A stretch of DNA of 64,000 nt. Source: an uncultured Dehalococcoidaceae bacterium. Its GTDB lineage: Bacteria > Chloroflexota > Dehalococcoidia > Dehalococcoidales > RBG-16-60-22. The stretch is taken from positions 88 through 64,087 of the forward strand of contig CAZLEY010000007.1 of assembly GCA_964558675.1 (NCBI GenBank), written 5' to 3'. Positions 17,386 through 28,565 of this stretch are shown piece after piece. Both the position numbers and the translations under genes were made by a program. Position 1 is the first letter of the stretch. Every line of letters begins with the position of its first letter. Under the pieces are notes generated by a model. It was given only the letters and a program-made list of their open reading frames with translations, was not told the origin of the DNA and did not search any database.

Positions 17386-17474
17386 GGTACTCCTCTTGTG
17401 ACTCTTTTAGGATTGTTTCATTATCTGATTTGACTATCCGACCTGCTTTCAGGCTTTCGGTTCCTTTATTCATC

Positions 17475-18929
17475 TTATGGGTTCAGTTGGATTCCTTTAT
17501 CTCCCCATATCAACCTGCCTTCTGAGTCTATCCTCTGAACGTAGGCCTTTTCCGACCTGAATATGGCCTTGTCAATACCCCAGACAACGATAACCCCGCC
17601 CTGCCCGTCGGACGCTATGGAATATCCGCTGGTGCCGCTGTCCGTAGCCACTATACCGTTACCCGGCCATACCTTCCCGCCGCCGGAGTTAAGCCTCTGT
17701 ACAAGGATTCCCTGATTGCCATTCTCCGCATTCTTAAAACGGCAGGAAATCAATGCGCCTCCCTGCCCATCGCTGACTATCTGGCGGAAAATGAAGCTCG
17801 CGTTGCTCTTTATATAGCAGACTTCAACTCCTTCCGGTTGCCATTTAACAGCACCATCGGCGCCTATTCTCTGGGCGTATATGCTCGCCAGACCCTTCCG
17901 CATATCTTCCCAGACGATAATAGCGCCCCCGGCACCATCGCTTATCAGGAGAGGATTAAATACGGGGAAGAACCCACCCGCAGCCTTTACTATCTCCAGT
18001 GGAACACCGTCAGGCTGCCAGAGGGTATTGCCTTCGGCAGCTACTTTTTGAGTGCGGAAATCGTTTAAAAAAGCTTCCGGCATACCTTCTTCTATTTTCC
18101 CGCTGGGCCACTGGTGCCAGGTAGCGATGGCTCCGCCCGAACCATCACCGATTATATGGGACTCCTCGATATAAACATTCTCACCGGTGGTGTATAAAAG
18201 AATGCCGTCCAGCCCCCATGATAACTTTCCCTGGCTGTCGATTCTCTGGGCGTAGATTCGTCCCTGAGTTCTGGCATTGCCCGGCTCGGAGCCGGCCTGA
18301 TACTCCAGTTCTTGCCGGACAACAACGACGCCACCGGTGCCATCCCCGGCGATTTGCCGGGCGTTGCCCTGGTTGGACAATGGAATGCCCTTTTCTCCCC
18401 AAGGGGAATTGCCGAGGGGGCCAATTCTGTGAAGCACGATAGTACCTTCGTAGCCAGGGACAGCAGCAACGATAACACCGCCGGCACTATCGCTTATCAT
18501 ATGGTACACGGACTCGAAGGCTTTCCGCCACACCATGTTACCCTTTGAGTCTAATCTGGCAACATGGGTAATAGATGATTTCTGTTCTGAAGGGAGCTCC
18601 GGCCAGGCGATGATGGCACCCCCTGAGCCATCGCTCACGATATGCAGGTTGAAGAAACTGTAGAACTGGCTATGGCTGTGGCCGAGAAATATACCTCTAT
18701 CCCCCCAGGCAGGCTTCCCGTCAGGGCTGATTTTCTGAGCATAAATATCCAGACCCCCGTTCTGGGTGTATTCATAGACGGTGATGGCACCGCCGGAGCC
18801 ATCACCGGTCACTTTCGGGCCGTAAGGCTGGCTGGAAAGCATGGGGCAACCGTAGCCGACGCAAATAATCGTGGCTGCCAGCGTGATAATAGCCAGAACT
18901 ACCGCGCCGATTGCTAATAGCCTTTTCAT
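17475..18929 (-). CDS. Secreted or membrane-anchored protein with eight ~55-aa repeats (beta-propeller-like)
   Basis: N-terminal hydrophobic signal. The pair (G/S)DG(S/T/Q/A)GG(A/V)(I/V) plus YAQRIxxxGxxxW recurs eight times. Confidence 0.6.
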   Translation of the reverse strand: MKRLLAIGAVVLAIITLAATIICVGYGCPMLSSQPYGPKVTGDGSGGAITVYEYTQNGGLDIYAQKISPDGKPAWGDRGIFLGHSHSQFYSFFNLHIVSDGSGGAIIAWPELPSEQKSSITHVARLDSKGNMVWRKAFESVYHMISDSAGGVIVAAVPGYEGTIVLHRIGPLGNSPWGEKGIPLSNQGNARQIAGDGTGGVVVVRQELEYQAGSEPGNARTQGRIYAQRIDSQGKLSWGLDGILLYTTGENVYIEESHIIGDGSGGAIATWHQWPSGKIEEGMPEAFLNDFRTQKVAAEGNTLWQPDGVPLEIVKAAGGFFPVFNPLLISDGAGGAIIVWEDMRKGLASIYAQRIGADGAVKWQPEGVEVCYIKSNASFIFRQIVSDGQGGALISCRFKNAENGNQGILVQRLNSGGGKVWPGNGIVATDSGTSGYSIASDGQGGVIVVWGIDKAIFRSEKAYVQRIDSEGRLIWGDKGIQLNP

Positions 18930-18951
18930 TTTTATATCATGTCCTGTCGAT

Positions 18952-19722
18952 TTAGTTGGTATATTTCGGCCTGAACACGTAATTTCTCAGGGTGCCGATA
19001 TTCTTTATCTTTACCTCCACGGTATCACCCGGCTGCATCGGGCCGATACCGCTGGTGGTCCCGGTAGCGATAACATCGCCGGGGAGCAGCGTCATTACGT
19101 GGGAGATAAAGCTTACCAGCTCGTAAGCGGAGAAAATAAGGTCGCTGGTACTGGTCTTCTGTTTTAGTTCGCCGTTGAGGTAGGTTTCCAGCAAGAGATT
19201 ATCCGGGTCAAGCTCCGTCTCAATGCAGGGTCCGATAGGGGCAAAGGTGTCAAAGCCCTTGGAGCGTGTCCACTGCTTGTCTTTATACTGGAGGTCGCGA
19301 GCCGTAACGTCGTTAAAGCAGGTATAACCCAGAATATGCCGACCTGCCTCTTTAATGGATACCCGTTGGGTGCGTTTTTTTATGACGACTCCCAGTTCGC
19401 CCTCGTAGTCGACCTGCTGTGATGATTCCGGGTAAACAATGCTGTCTTCGGGACCGATGACCGAGGTAGATGGTTTGAGGAAAATCAGCGGTTCGGTGGG
19501 TATTTTGATATTGACCTCTTCGGCGTGGCTGCGGTAGTTCAGTCCCAGCGCGACGATTTTAGAAGGCGTACAGGGAGGCAGCAGCCTTAAGTCGCTCAGT
19601 TTATAACGCTGTCCGGTTGTCATCAGACGGCGATAGGGATTACCGGCGAGAGTCTTGACCGAATCGCCGTCCAGTATCCCGTATTCGGCTTTCCTGCCGG
19701 TGGTATAGCGCACGATTTTCAC
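18952..19722 (-). CDS. Fumarylacetoacetate hydrolase (FAH) family protein
   Basis: 256 aa. GLNYRSHAEE, DYEGELGVVI and ATGTTSGIG motifs. Confidence 0.85.
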   Translation of the reverse strand: MKIVRYTTGRKAEYGILDGDSVKTLAGNPYRRLMTTGQRYKLSDLRLLPPCTPSKIVALGLNYRSHAEEVNIKIPTEPLIFLKPSTSVIGPEDSIVYPESSQQVDYEGELGVVIKKRTQRVSIKEAGRHILGYTCFNDVTARDLQYKDKQWTRSKGFDTFAPIGPCIETELDPDNLLLETYLNGELKQKTSTSDLIFSAYELVSFISHVMTLLPGDVIATGTTSGIGPMQPGDTVEVKIKNIGTLRNYVFRPKYTN

Positions 19723-19820
19723 ATTTTGAGTTTATCATTCGTCGGTCACGTGTTTCAAGTGCATATATATGACGAATGGGCGATTGCCTGCTGACGTACA
19801 GTATGATATAGTTTGAATAA

Positions 19821-21032
19821 ATGAAAGCCAGCACTGAGCTTGTCCCTGAGGGTGGAGTTACCTCCCCCAAAGGGTTTCTTGCCGGCGCTACCAGCGCCGG
19901 TATTAAAAGTAATGGGGAGGGATGCCTGGACCTGGGCATACTCTTTTCCGAAGTACCCTGTACCGCGGCGGCTGTGTTTACCACAAACAAAGTAAAGGCG
20001 GCGCCGGTAGTCCTGTCACAGCAGCGGTTGCGGCAGGGCCAGGCTGTGGCCCTGGTGATGAATGGCGGTAATGCCAATGCCTGTACCGGCGAGCAGGGTC
20101 TGGCGGATGCGGCGGAGATGGCCGAACTGGCTGCCCGTCGCGCCGGGGTATCGGCGGAAGATGTCCTGGTGGCGAGTACAGGTATCATCGGCCGGCCGCT
20201 GCCGATGGAGCGTATCAGGGCTGTTTTGCCTAAAGTGGTTCTGACGGCTGATGGTGGCCATGACCTTGCCAGGGCTATAATAACGACGGATACCGCAACC
20301 AAGGAAGTGGCTGTCAGGGCGGAGGAGGGTGATTTTATCGTCGGGGGGATGGCCAAGGGTTCCGGGATGATTCATCCCGATATGGCGACCCTGCTTTGTT
20401 TCCTGACTACCGATGCCAGTGTCGATGTGGATTTTCTGGGGAAGGCATTGCGGGAAGCCGTGGATATTTCCTTTAGTATGGTCTCTATTGACCGTGATAC
20501 CAGCACCAACGATACGGTGCTGATTATGGCCAACGGTCTTTCCGGTAGTGAGAGAATAGCACAGGGCAGCCGGCAGGCGGAGGTTTTTCAGCAGGCGCTG
20601 AATCAGGTCTGTGTCTATCTCGCCAGGGAAATCGCCCGGGATGGCGAGGGCGCCACTAGGCTTATCGAGGTCAGTGTCAGCGGTGCGGCCAGTGTAGCCG
20701 ATGCCCGGCTGGCCGCCCGGACTATAGCCGGTTCATCGCTGGTTAAGGCGGCGGTGCATGGCAGCGACCCTAACTGGGGACGAATTGTAATGGCGGCGGG
20801 ATACAGTGGCGCCAAACTGGCGGCTGATAAAATTGAACTTAATATCGGTGGTATATGCCTGGTGAAAAACGGGTGTCCGCTGGCTTTTAATAGAGAGGAA
20901 GTGGTCAGATTACTGGATAAGCCTGAAGTATCCATCGCTCTGAATTTAAACATAGGCAGCGCCGGGGCTACGGCCTGGGGTTGCGACCTTTCCGAGGAAT
21001 ATGTAACTATTAATAGCGTATACACGACATGA
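19821..21032 (+). CDS. argJ: Bifunctional ornithine acetyltransferase / N-acetylglutamate synthase
   Basis: 403 aa. Autoprocessing-site context HPDMATLLCFLTTDA. Confidence 0.95.
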   Translation: MKASTELVPEGGVTSPKGFLAGATSAGIKSNGEGCLDLGILFSEVPCTAAAVFTTNKVKAAPVVLSQQRLRQGQAVALVMNGGNANACTGEQGLADAAEMAELAARRAGVSAEDVLVASTGIIGRPLPMERIRAVLPKVVLTADGGHDLARAIITTDTATKEVAVRAEEGDFIVGGMAKGSGMIHPDMATLLCFLTTDASVDVDFLGKALREAVDISFSMVSIDRDTSTNDTVLIMANGLSGSERIAQGSRQAEVFQQALNQVCVYLAREIARDGEGATRLIEVSVSGAASVADARLAARTIAGSSLVKAAVHGSDPNWGRIVMAAGYSGAKLAADKIELNIGGICLVKNGCPLAFNREEVVRLLDKPEVSIALNLNIGSAGATAWGCDLSEEYVTINSVYTT

Positions 21033-21054
21033 TGTTTGCGAAGATTGATACGAA

Positions 21055-21840
21055 ATGAAGAATATTACCGTAATTAAGATAGGCGGGTCTACCTTCAGCA
21101 GCCGGGACACCACCATCGAGGATATAGTATCTCTGCAGAAGCGGGGGGGATCGCTGGTTATCGTACACGGGGGAGGGAGCACCGTTACCGAGTGGTTGAT
21201 GAAACAGGGGGTTCCGACGCAGTTTGTACGGGGTGAGCGTGTGACTGATAAGGCGACACTGGAGGTGGTGACCGCGGTACTGGCGGGGCTTGTCAATAAG
21301 GAAATCGTAGCGGCGATTAACAGTAAAGGCGGACGGGCTGTCGGCATCAGCGGTGTCGACGGGGCGGTTATCGAGGGTAAAATGAAAAGCCCGGAGATGG
21401 GCTACATGGGAACCGTGGAAAAGGTGAACCCGGCCGTTCTGGAAACGCTGCTCAATGAAGGATTCGTCCCGGTAGTCTCGCCGGTGAGCCTGCACTCAGT
21501 AGATAGACCTGACGATGCACCGCAGATTATCAACCTCAATGGCGACCCCGTCGCCGGTGATATCGCGGTAGCCCTTGGCGCTGAAAGGCTTATTTTCCTG
21601 ACCGATGTGGATGGCATCAGAGACGAGGCGGGAAGGGTAGTATCCCGGTTGTCCGCAGGTAAGGCGGAGGCTTTAGTGGCTTCGGGGGTGGTCTCGGGGG
21701 GAATGATTCCCAAGATTAACGCCTGCCTGAGGGCTTTAACTGTCGGCGCGATAGCTCGTATAATAGATGGCAGGCAGCCACATGCCCTGGTTAAGGAGAT
21801 GGAAGGGCAGGATGGCGGCACGATGATATACAAGGATTGA
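21055..21840 (+). CDS. argB: Acetylglutamate kinase
   Basis: 261 aa. VIKIGGS and VIVHGGG motifs. Confidence 0.95.
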   Translation: MKNITVIKIGGSTFSSRDTTIEDIVSLQKRGGSLVIVHGGGSTVTEWLMKQGVPTQFVRGERVTDKATLEVVTAVLAGLVNKEIVAAINSKGGRAVGISGVDGAVIEGKMKSPEMGYMGTVEKVNPAVLETLLNEGFVPVVSPVSLHSVDRPDDAPQIINLNGDPVAGDIAVALGAERLIFLTDVDGIRDEAGRVVSRLSAGKAEALVASGVVSGGMIPKINACLRALTVGAIARIIDGRQPHALVKEMEGQDGGTMIYKD

Positions 21841-21842
21841 GC

Positions 21843-23030
<1,188 letters not shown>

Positions 23031-23061
23031 ATATTGCTAGAATGAAGTCTGAAGGACGGTA

Positions 23062-23970
23062 ATGTTAAAGAAATATGGCAGGTTGGCGGTGGTAGCAGCC
23101 CTGGTGGCTGTGCCACTGATTGCTGTTGTATGGTTAATTATATTTTATACAGAGGTCGGGATGGCTAAGGAAATCGGAATTCAGGAGCCAAATTTATCTG
23201 CATATGAATATTCGACTGTACCTCAATCAGTAATTGATGATGCTACCGAGTTGGCCGCTGAGCTGGTTGGTGACAGCCAGGGCAAGCTCCAGAGTCTGGT
23301 AGACCAGTTGGTAGCTACGTATGTAGAAGCACGAGACATGGATGTTGTCGTTGTCTTTAATTCGGGTGGTTGGGGGTGGAATTTAACGATGAACTCGCCC
23401 GGTTGGGCCAGTATCCTTGATGGTATTAAATCAGAACTGGAAGGTCTGGGTTACAAATCGCTGGTGTTGAACTATCGGAGAACCAGCAGCGGACTGCGAG
23501 GGTGTATGAATGAGTTTGTTGAAGTGGTGACTCGCTATCCTCATAAATCCAGGGAGCTGGCCAAGCGGGTTGAGTTTCTCACCGACCATATTCCGGACCT
23601 CAAGGTTATTGTCGCTGGCGAAAGCACAGGGACGGTCATTTCTGATAAAGCCATGGGTATTTTGAAGGACAAACCGCAGGTTTACAGTATTCAGACAGGC
23701 ACGCCTTTCTGGCATAAGCCTACGGCACTGGATAGAACGTTGTTGATGAACAGCAACGGGCAGGGTGTCGATACCTTTAGCTACGGCAATGTGCCGGCTA
23801 TGATATGGGCTACTATTAAAGGCTGGTTCGGTCTATCATCGCCGGATGATGATCCTGGTAATATACTGAGCTGGTTAAAAGCACCGGGGCACGACTATTC
23901 ATGGCAGTACCCCGGTGTTTATTCTGAAGTCGTCAACTTTTTGACGAATAATTTTGAATGGAAGAACTGA
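23062..23970 (+). CDS. Hypothetical membrane-anchored protein with an alpha/beta-hydrolase-like GxSxG motif
   Basis: N-terminal TM segment. VVVVFNSGGWG, VIVAGESTGTV and APGHDY occur in Ser...His order. No family was recognised. It lies between argD and argG. Confidence 0.45.
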   Translation: MLKKYGRLAVVAALVAVPLIAVVWLIIFYTEVGMAKEIGIQEPNLSAYEYSTVPQSVIDDATELAAELVGDSQGKLQSLVDQLVATYVEARDMDVVVVFNSGGWGWNLTMNSPGWASILDGIKSELEGLGYKSLVLNYRRTSSGLRGCMNEFVEVVTRYPHKSRELAKRVEFLTDHIPDLKVIVAGESTGTVISDKAMGILKDKPQVYSIQTGTPFWHKPTALDRTLLMNSNGQGVDTFSYGNVPAMIWATIKGWFGLSSPDDDPGNILSWLKAPGHDYSWQYPGVYSEVVNFLTNNFEWKN

Positions 23971-23997
23971 AGCGTTCGCTATTAAGGGAGGCCCGGG

Positions 23998-25245
23998 GTG
24001 TCGGATAAAGTGGTACTGGCTTACAGCGGCGGACTGGATACTTCAGTAGCCGTCAAGTGGCTGCAGGAGAAATATCATCTGGATGTTATTGCTGTTACCA
24101 TTGATGTTGGTAATGAGCGTGATTTCTCGGCTGTCCGCCAGAGAGCGCTGGATGTCGGCGCGATAAAAGCTGTGGTAATCGATGCCAAAGAGTTGTTCGT
24201 CAGGCATTTCGTTTTTCCGGCTCTGCAAGCAAATGCACTCTACGAGGGACAATATCCGTTAGCTACAGCTCTATCAAGGCCGCTTATGGCTAAACTGATG
24301 GTTGATATCGCCGTGGAGGAAGGCGCCGTGGCGCTGGCTCACGGCTGTACCAGCAAGGGGAATGACCAGGTAAGATTTGATGTCAGTATTAACGCGCTGG
24401 CGCCTGACCTAAAGATTATCGCACCGGCCCGGGAATGGCGGATGACACGGGACGAGACCATCGCTTACGCCCAAAAACACAACATATCTATTCCTGTCAC
24501 GGTCTCAAGTCCGTATTCAATTGACGAGAACCTGTGGGGTAAGAGTATTGAGTGCGGCGTCCTTGAGGACCCCTGGAACGAGCCGCCGGATGACATTTAT
24601 ACCTGGACGAAGTCTCCGGACAAGGCTCCGGACAAACCACAATATATTGAGATTGTATTCGAGAAGGGTGTTCCGGTGGCTGTTGACGGGCAGGAAATGG
24701 ACGGGGTGGCACTGATTCAGCAGCTAAACGAAATAGCCGGACGGCATGGTATCGGCAGGATTGACCATATTGAGGACAGGGTTGTCGGCATAAAATCGCG
24801 GGAGATATATGAAGCACCGGCGGCTACCGTCCTGCTGCAAGGACATCAGGCGCTGGAGGCAATGACGCTGTCGCGGGAGCAACTACGCTTTAAACAGAGA
24901 GTGGCCCAGGAGTGTGCTGACCTTATCTATAACGGCCTGTGGTTCAGCCAGCTGAATAGAGACCTGTCCGCCTATATACTCAGTTCACAGCGCTTCGTAA
25001 CGGGGACAGTAAGGATTAAGATGCTTAAGGGACACTCGATTATCGTCGGGCGGAAGGCACCCAAGTCGCTCTACAATATCAGTCTCGCTACCTATGATAA
25101 AGGTGACCAGTATGACCACAGCGCTGCTGAAGGCTTTATTTACCTGTGGGGGCTGTCGGTGAGGACCCAGGCTCAGGTGCAGCTATTGGGTGATAAAGAG
25201 GGGCCGCTCAGTATCGTAGGGCCGGAAGAACCGGAGGAGGGCTAG
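23998..25245 (+). CDS. argG: Argininosuccinate synthase
   Basis: GTG start. AYSGGLDTS ATP-binding motif. 415 aa. Confidence 0.95.
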   Translation: MSDKVVLAYSGGLDTSVAVKWLQEKYHLDVIAVTIDVGNERDFSAVRQRALDVGAIKAVVIDAKELFVRHFVFPALQANALYEGQYPLATALSRPLMAKLMVDIAVEEGAVALAHGCTSKGNDQVRFDVSINALAPDLKIIAPAREWRMTRDETIAYAQKHNISIPVTVSSPYSIDENLWGKSIECGVLEDPWNEPPDDIYTWTKSPDKAPDKPQYIEIVFEKGVPVAVDGQEMDGVALIQQLNEIAGRHGIGRIDHIEDRVVGIKSREIYEAPAATVLLQGHQALEAMTLSREQLRFKQRVAQECADLIYNGLWFSQLNRDLSAYILSSQRFVTGTVRIKMLKGHSIIVGRKAPKSLYNISLATYDKGDQYDHSAAEGFIYLWGLSVRTQAQVQLLGDKEGPLSIVGPEEPEEG

Positions 25246-25246
25246 T

Positions 25247-26620
25247 ATGGCTAATATACGCAGTCGTTTTAAGAAGCCAGCCGATAAATCGGTAGTGGCA
25301 TATTCCGCCTCTATACCTGTTGACTGGCGTCTGTATAAGTATGATATAGCCGGCAGTATCGCCCATGCCGGTATGCTGGCCAAGCAAGGTATAATCTCGG
25401 ACCAGGATGGGGAGACCATCACATGGGGACTGGTATCCATCCGGGAGGAGATAGAGCAGGGTAAATTAGAGATAAAGCCGGAGATGGAAGATGTACACAT
25501 GGCGATTGAGTCCTGGCTTATTGAGAAGGTGGGGGAAGTGGGGGGTAAGCTTCATACCGCCCGCTCCCGGAATGACCAGGTAGCTATGGATTTGCGCCTC
25601 TTTATCAAGGAGGCAATCTCAAATGGCATTACCGGGTTGAGGGGGTTGCAGAGGGCACTGATTGAACTGGCCGACGCCAATAAGGATACGGTTATGCCGG
25701 GCTATACGCATTTACAGTCGGCACAACCGGTTCTGATGGCGCATCACTTCCTGGCCTATTTTGAGATGTTCCAGCGTGATATTGCCCGCTTTAATGATTG
25801 TCTCAAGCGTACTGATGTCATGCCGCTGGGGAGTGGAGCTTTAGCTGGTGTCGGCTATAATGTGGACAGGGATTTCCTGGCGCGTGAACTGGGCTTCAGC
25901 CAGATTAGCCAGAACAGCCTTGATGCCGTTTCTGACCGTGATTTTGTCCTGGATTATGAAGCAGCGGCAGGTGTCTGTATGATGCATATCTCGCGCCTGG
26001 CTGAAGAAATCGTGCTGTGGTCTTCGGCGGAGTTCGACTTTATTGAGATTGATGAGGCGTACACCACAGGCAGCAGTATCATGCCCCAGAAGAGGAATCC
26101 TGACGTGGCTGAGCTGGCTCGTGGCAAGACCGGGCGAGTATACGGCAATCTTATGGCTTTGCTGACGGCCATGAAAGCCCTACCCCTTGCTTATAACAGG
26201 GATATGCAGGAGGATAAGCACGGCCTCTTTGATACCGTGGATACGCTGTTATCAACGCTGGAAGTATTTACAGGCATGATGAAAACGCTGAAAATTAAAG
26301 TGGAAAATACCAGAAAGGCGGTCGAAAGAGGCTATATTCTGGCGACGGATCTGGCTGACTATCTGGTAAAGAAGGGCGAGGCCTTTCGCACCGCCTATGA
26401 TATCATCGCCAGGCTGGTTAGCTACGCTGAGGAAAAGGGGAAATCTTTCGAGCAGTTGAAAATGAGCGAGCTGAAGGGATTTTCACCGCTGTTCGGCAGG
26501 GATGTCCATAAGATTACGATAGCATCTTCTCTGGCTGCCAGGGATACTATCGGGGGTACGTCTCCAAATCAGGTGGCGCGGGCGCTGGCGGCGGCTAAGA
26601 AGATAGCTGAGCAGGGCTGA
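25247..26620 (+). CDS. argH: Argininosuccinate lyase
   Basis: GSSIMPQKRNPD signature. 457 aa. Confidence 0.95.
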   Translation: MANIRSRFKKPADKSVVAYSASIPVDWRLYKYDIAGSIAHAGMLAKQGIISDQDGETITWGLVSIREEIEQGKLEIKPEMEDVHMAIESWLIEKVGEVGGKLHTARSRNDQVAMDLRLFIKEAISNGITGLRGLQRALIELADANKDTVMPGYTHLQSAQPVLMAHHFLAYFEMFQRDIARFNDCLKRTDVMPLGSGALAGVGYNVDRDFLARELGFSQISQNSLDAVSDRDFVLDYEAAAGVCMMHISRLAEEIVLWSSAEFDFIEIDEAYTTGSSIMPQKRNPDVAELARGKTGRVYGNLMALLTAMKALPLAYNRDMQEDKHGLFDTVDTLLSTLEVFTGMMKTLKIKVENTRKAVERGYILATDLADYLVKKGEAFRTAYDIIARLVSYAEEKGKSFEQLKMSELKGFSPLFGRDVHKITIASSLAARDTIGGTSPNQVARALAAAKKIAEQG

Positions 26621-26624
26621 TAGA

Positions 26625-27350
26625 GTGAGCGAAGTTATCATCATAGAGAATTTAAGTAAATATTATAGCAAGTACCTCGCTTTGGATAACCTGAGCCTTA
26701 GGGTACCAGAGAATGAGAATGTTGGACTTCTCGGTCCTAATGGCGCCGGCAAGAGCACAACCCTCAAGATACTATGCGGCCTTATCCGCCCCTCCTCTGG
26801 GAAGGCTTATGTTGATGGTATCAACGTGGCGGAGAAGCCGGAGCAGGCCCTTTCCAGAATTGGCGCCATCATAGAGACGCCGGAGTTCTATCCCTTTCTC
26901 ACGCCCGAAGAGACCCTTAGCTACTTTGGCAGACTCCGGGGAATGAGAGGTGATGGCTTAAAGCACCGGATAAAGGAAGTAATTTTACTCGTTAGACTTG
27001 AGGACTGGGGTAACATCAAGATAGAGAAATTTTCGAGGGGGATGAAGCAGCGTCTCGCCCTGGCGCAGGCCCTGCTGCACGACCCGCCGGTATTAATCCT
27101 GGATGAACCGGCCCTGGGGCTCGACCCCAGGGGGGTGGTGGAATTCCGGGAGATAATCGAGGGAGTAGGCAGGGAGAAGACGATTTTCTTCGCCTCGCAT
27201 CAACTGGTAGAGGTTACCCAGATATGTAATCAGGTAGCTATCATTAGCCACGGGAAGTTACTTGCTTATGATAGCATTACGCAACTGGAGAAAAAATACC
27301 AATCGCTGGAGCATGCCTACATGGAGTTAACAGGAGGCTCTATTGGGTGA
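26625..27350 (+). CDS. ABC transporter ATP-binding protein (ABC-2 exporter type)
   Basis: Walker A GPNGAGKST, signature FSRGMKQR, Walker B LILDEP. Confidence 0.9.
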   Translation: MSEVIIIENLSKYYSKYLALDNLSLRVPENENVGLLGPNGAGKSTTLKILCGLIRPSSGKAYVDGINVAEKPEQALSRIGAIIETPEFYPFLTPEETLSYFGRLRGMRGDGLKHRIKEVILLVRLEDWGNIKIEKFSRGMKQRLALAQALLHDPPVLILDEPALGLDPRGVVEFREIIEGVGREKTIFFASHQLVEVTQICNQVAIISHGKLLAYDSITQLEKKYQSLEHAYMELTGGSIG

Positions 27351-28143
27351 GTTCGAGAAGTTAAGGATAGTCACCGGATATGAGTTCCTGAAGCATGTCC
27401 GCCGCCGTCGCCTTTATATAATTCTGGGGATAGCGCTGCTGGCCGAGGCGGCCATGCTCATCCTGTTTCCGGTTCTTTCCGACGGCTACCCAAGGAGTGT
27501 GATGGTGATGGCGGCTTTGCTGACCATCGGTCCGGCCATGGCATCTATTGGTGCCATCTTCTTCGCCGGGGACGCTATCGCCGGGGAGTTCGAAGGCAAG
27601 ACCGGCTTCATGCTCTTTACCAACCCCATCAAGAAGCTGACGCTGTGGACGGGTAAATATCTGGCGGGCTATATCGCAGTGGCGCTGCTGATTATCTTTA
27701 CCTACGCCATTATCGCTATTTCCCTCTTTGTGATATATGGCCAAGTCCCTTTCGAGATGGTTAAGTCTTTAGGGCTTTGTCTGCTATATGCCGCCGCCGT
27801 TATCTCGGTAACCTTCTTCTTCAGCTCTGTCTCCAAGGGCGCCATGGGAGCCACGGTGATAACGCTTCTCTTCGTCTGGGTCTTCTCCGGGATTCTCGAG
27901 AGTGTCCTTGCCTTTACCGGTAACCCTTACTGGTTTCTAATCTCGGCTCAAGGTGACAGCATTGCCTACGTTTACGGGGGCTGGGAGGTGTTCTTCGAAG
28001 GCTTCGCTGGCGGGAATATCGGAAGTATGATGGAGGGTTTCCAAACTCTGAGTGTCGGCATGGCGGCGTGGGGCATGGTAATGTACATGGTGCTGGGTTT
28101 CGTTTTGAGTGTCTGGATTAGTGGACGAAGGCAACTGGCTTAG
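27343..28143 (+). CDS. ABC-2 family transporter permease
   Basis: 266 aa, about 6 TM segments. It overlaps the ATPase gene by 8 nt, consistent with translational coupling. Confidence 0.7.
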   Translation: MGEFEKLRIVTGYEFLKHVRRRRLYIILGIALLAEAAMLILFPVLSDGYPRSVMVMAALLTIGPAMASIGAIFFAGDAIAGEFEGKTGFMLFTNPIKKLTLWTGKYLAGYIAVALLIIFTYAIIAISLFVIYGQVPFEMVKSLGLCLLYAAAVISVTFFFSSVSKGAMGATVITLLFVWVFSGILESVLAFTGNPYWFLISAQGDSIAYVYGGWEVFFEGFAGGNIGSMMEGFQTLSVGMAAWGMVMYMVLGFVLSVWISGRRQLA

Positions 28144-28231
28144 CTGGAATCATGCATTCTTTAAGAACGTGATTTTCAAAACATGTTATTCTGAAGAGAC
28201 CAAGTCTAGCTAGCCGGGAATTAAAAGGAAC

Positions 28232-28420
28232 TTAAGCGGTTTTAACCACCTTATGCTGGTTGCGGAGGCACCTGGTACACAGGTTAAGTCGCTTCGGCTG
28301 TCCGTCTACAATGATAGTGGCGGGATGAATGTTGGGCATCCAGCGCCGGTTGGTGTGGCGTTTGGAATGGCTGACATTATGGCCGAATTGCGGTGATTTA
28401 CCGCACAAATCGCACTTCAA
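28232..28420 (-). CDS. rpmB: 50S ribosomal protein L28
   Basis: KCDLCGKSPQFGHNVSHSKRHTNRRWMPN. TTG 28420 is spaced about 8 nt from AAGGAG, better than TTG 28426. Confidence 0.85.
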   Translation of the reverse strand: MKCDLCGKSPQFGHNVSHSKRHTNRRWMPNIHPATIIVDGQPKRLNLCTRCLRNQHKVVKTA

Positions 28421-28565
28421 TCTCAAATCTCCTTAAATTTACCCGTGTAACTATTGCAATATCCCGTTAATCATAGTAACATAATGAGTCAAGATAAGCA
28501 AGAAGGGCGTATCGGACCGAACAAGAAAATATACATAATACTCCGGTAAGGATGGGATATATATA

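Noticed and set aside
19640-20375. 238-aa and 119-aa minus-strand ORFs overlapping argJ.
   Set aside because: The sense-strand argJ is unambiguous, and the antisense products are A/R/S/P-rich with no motifs.
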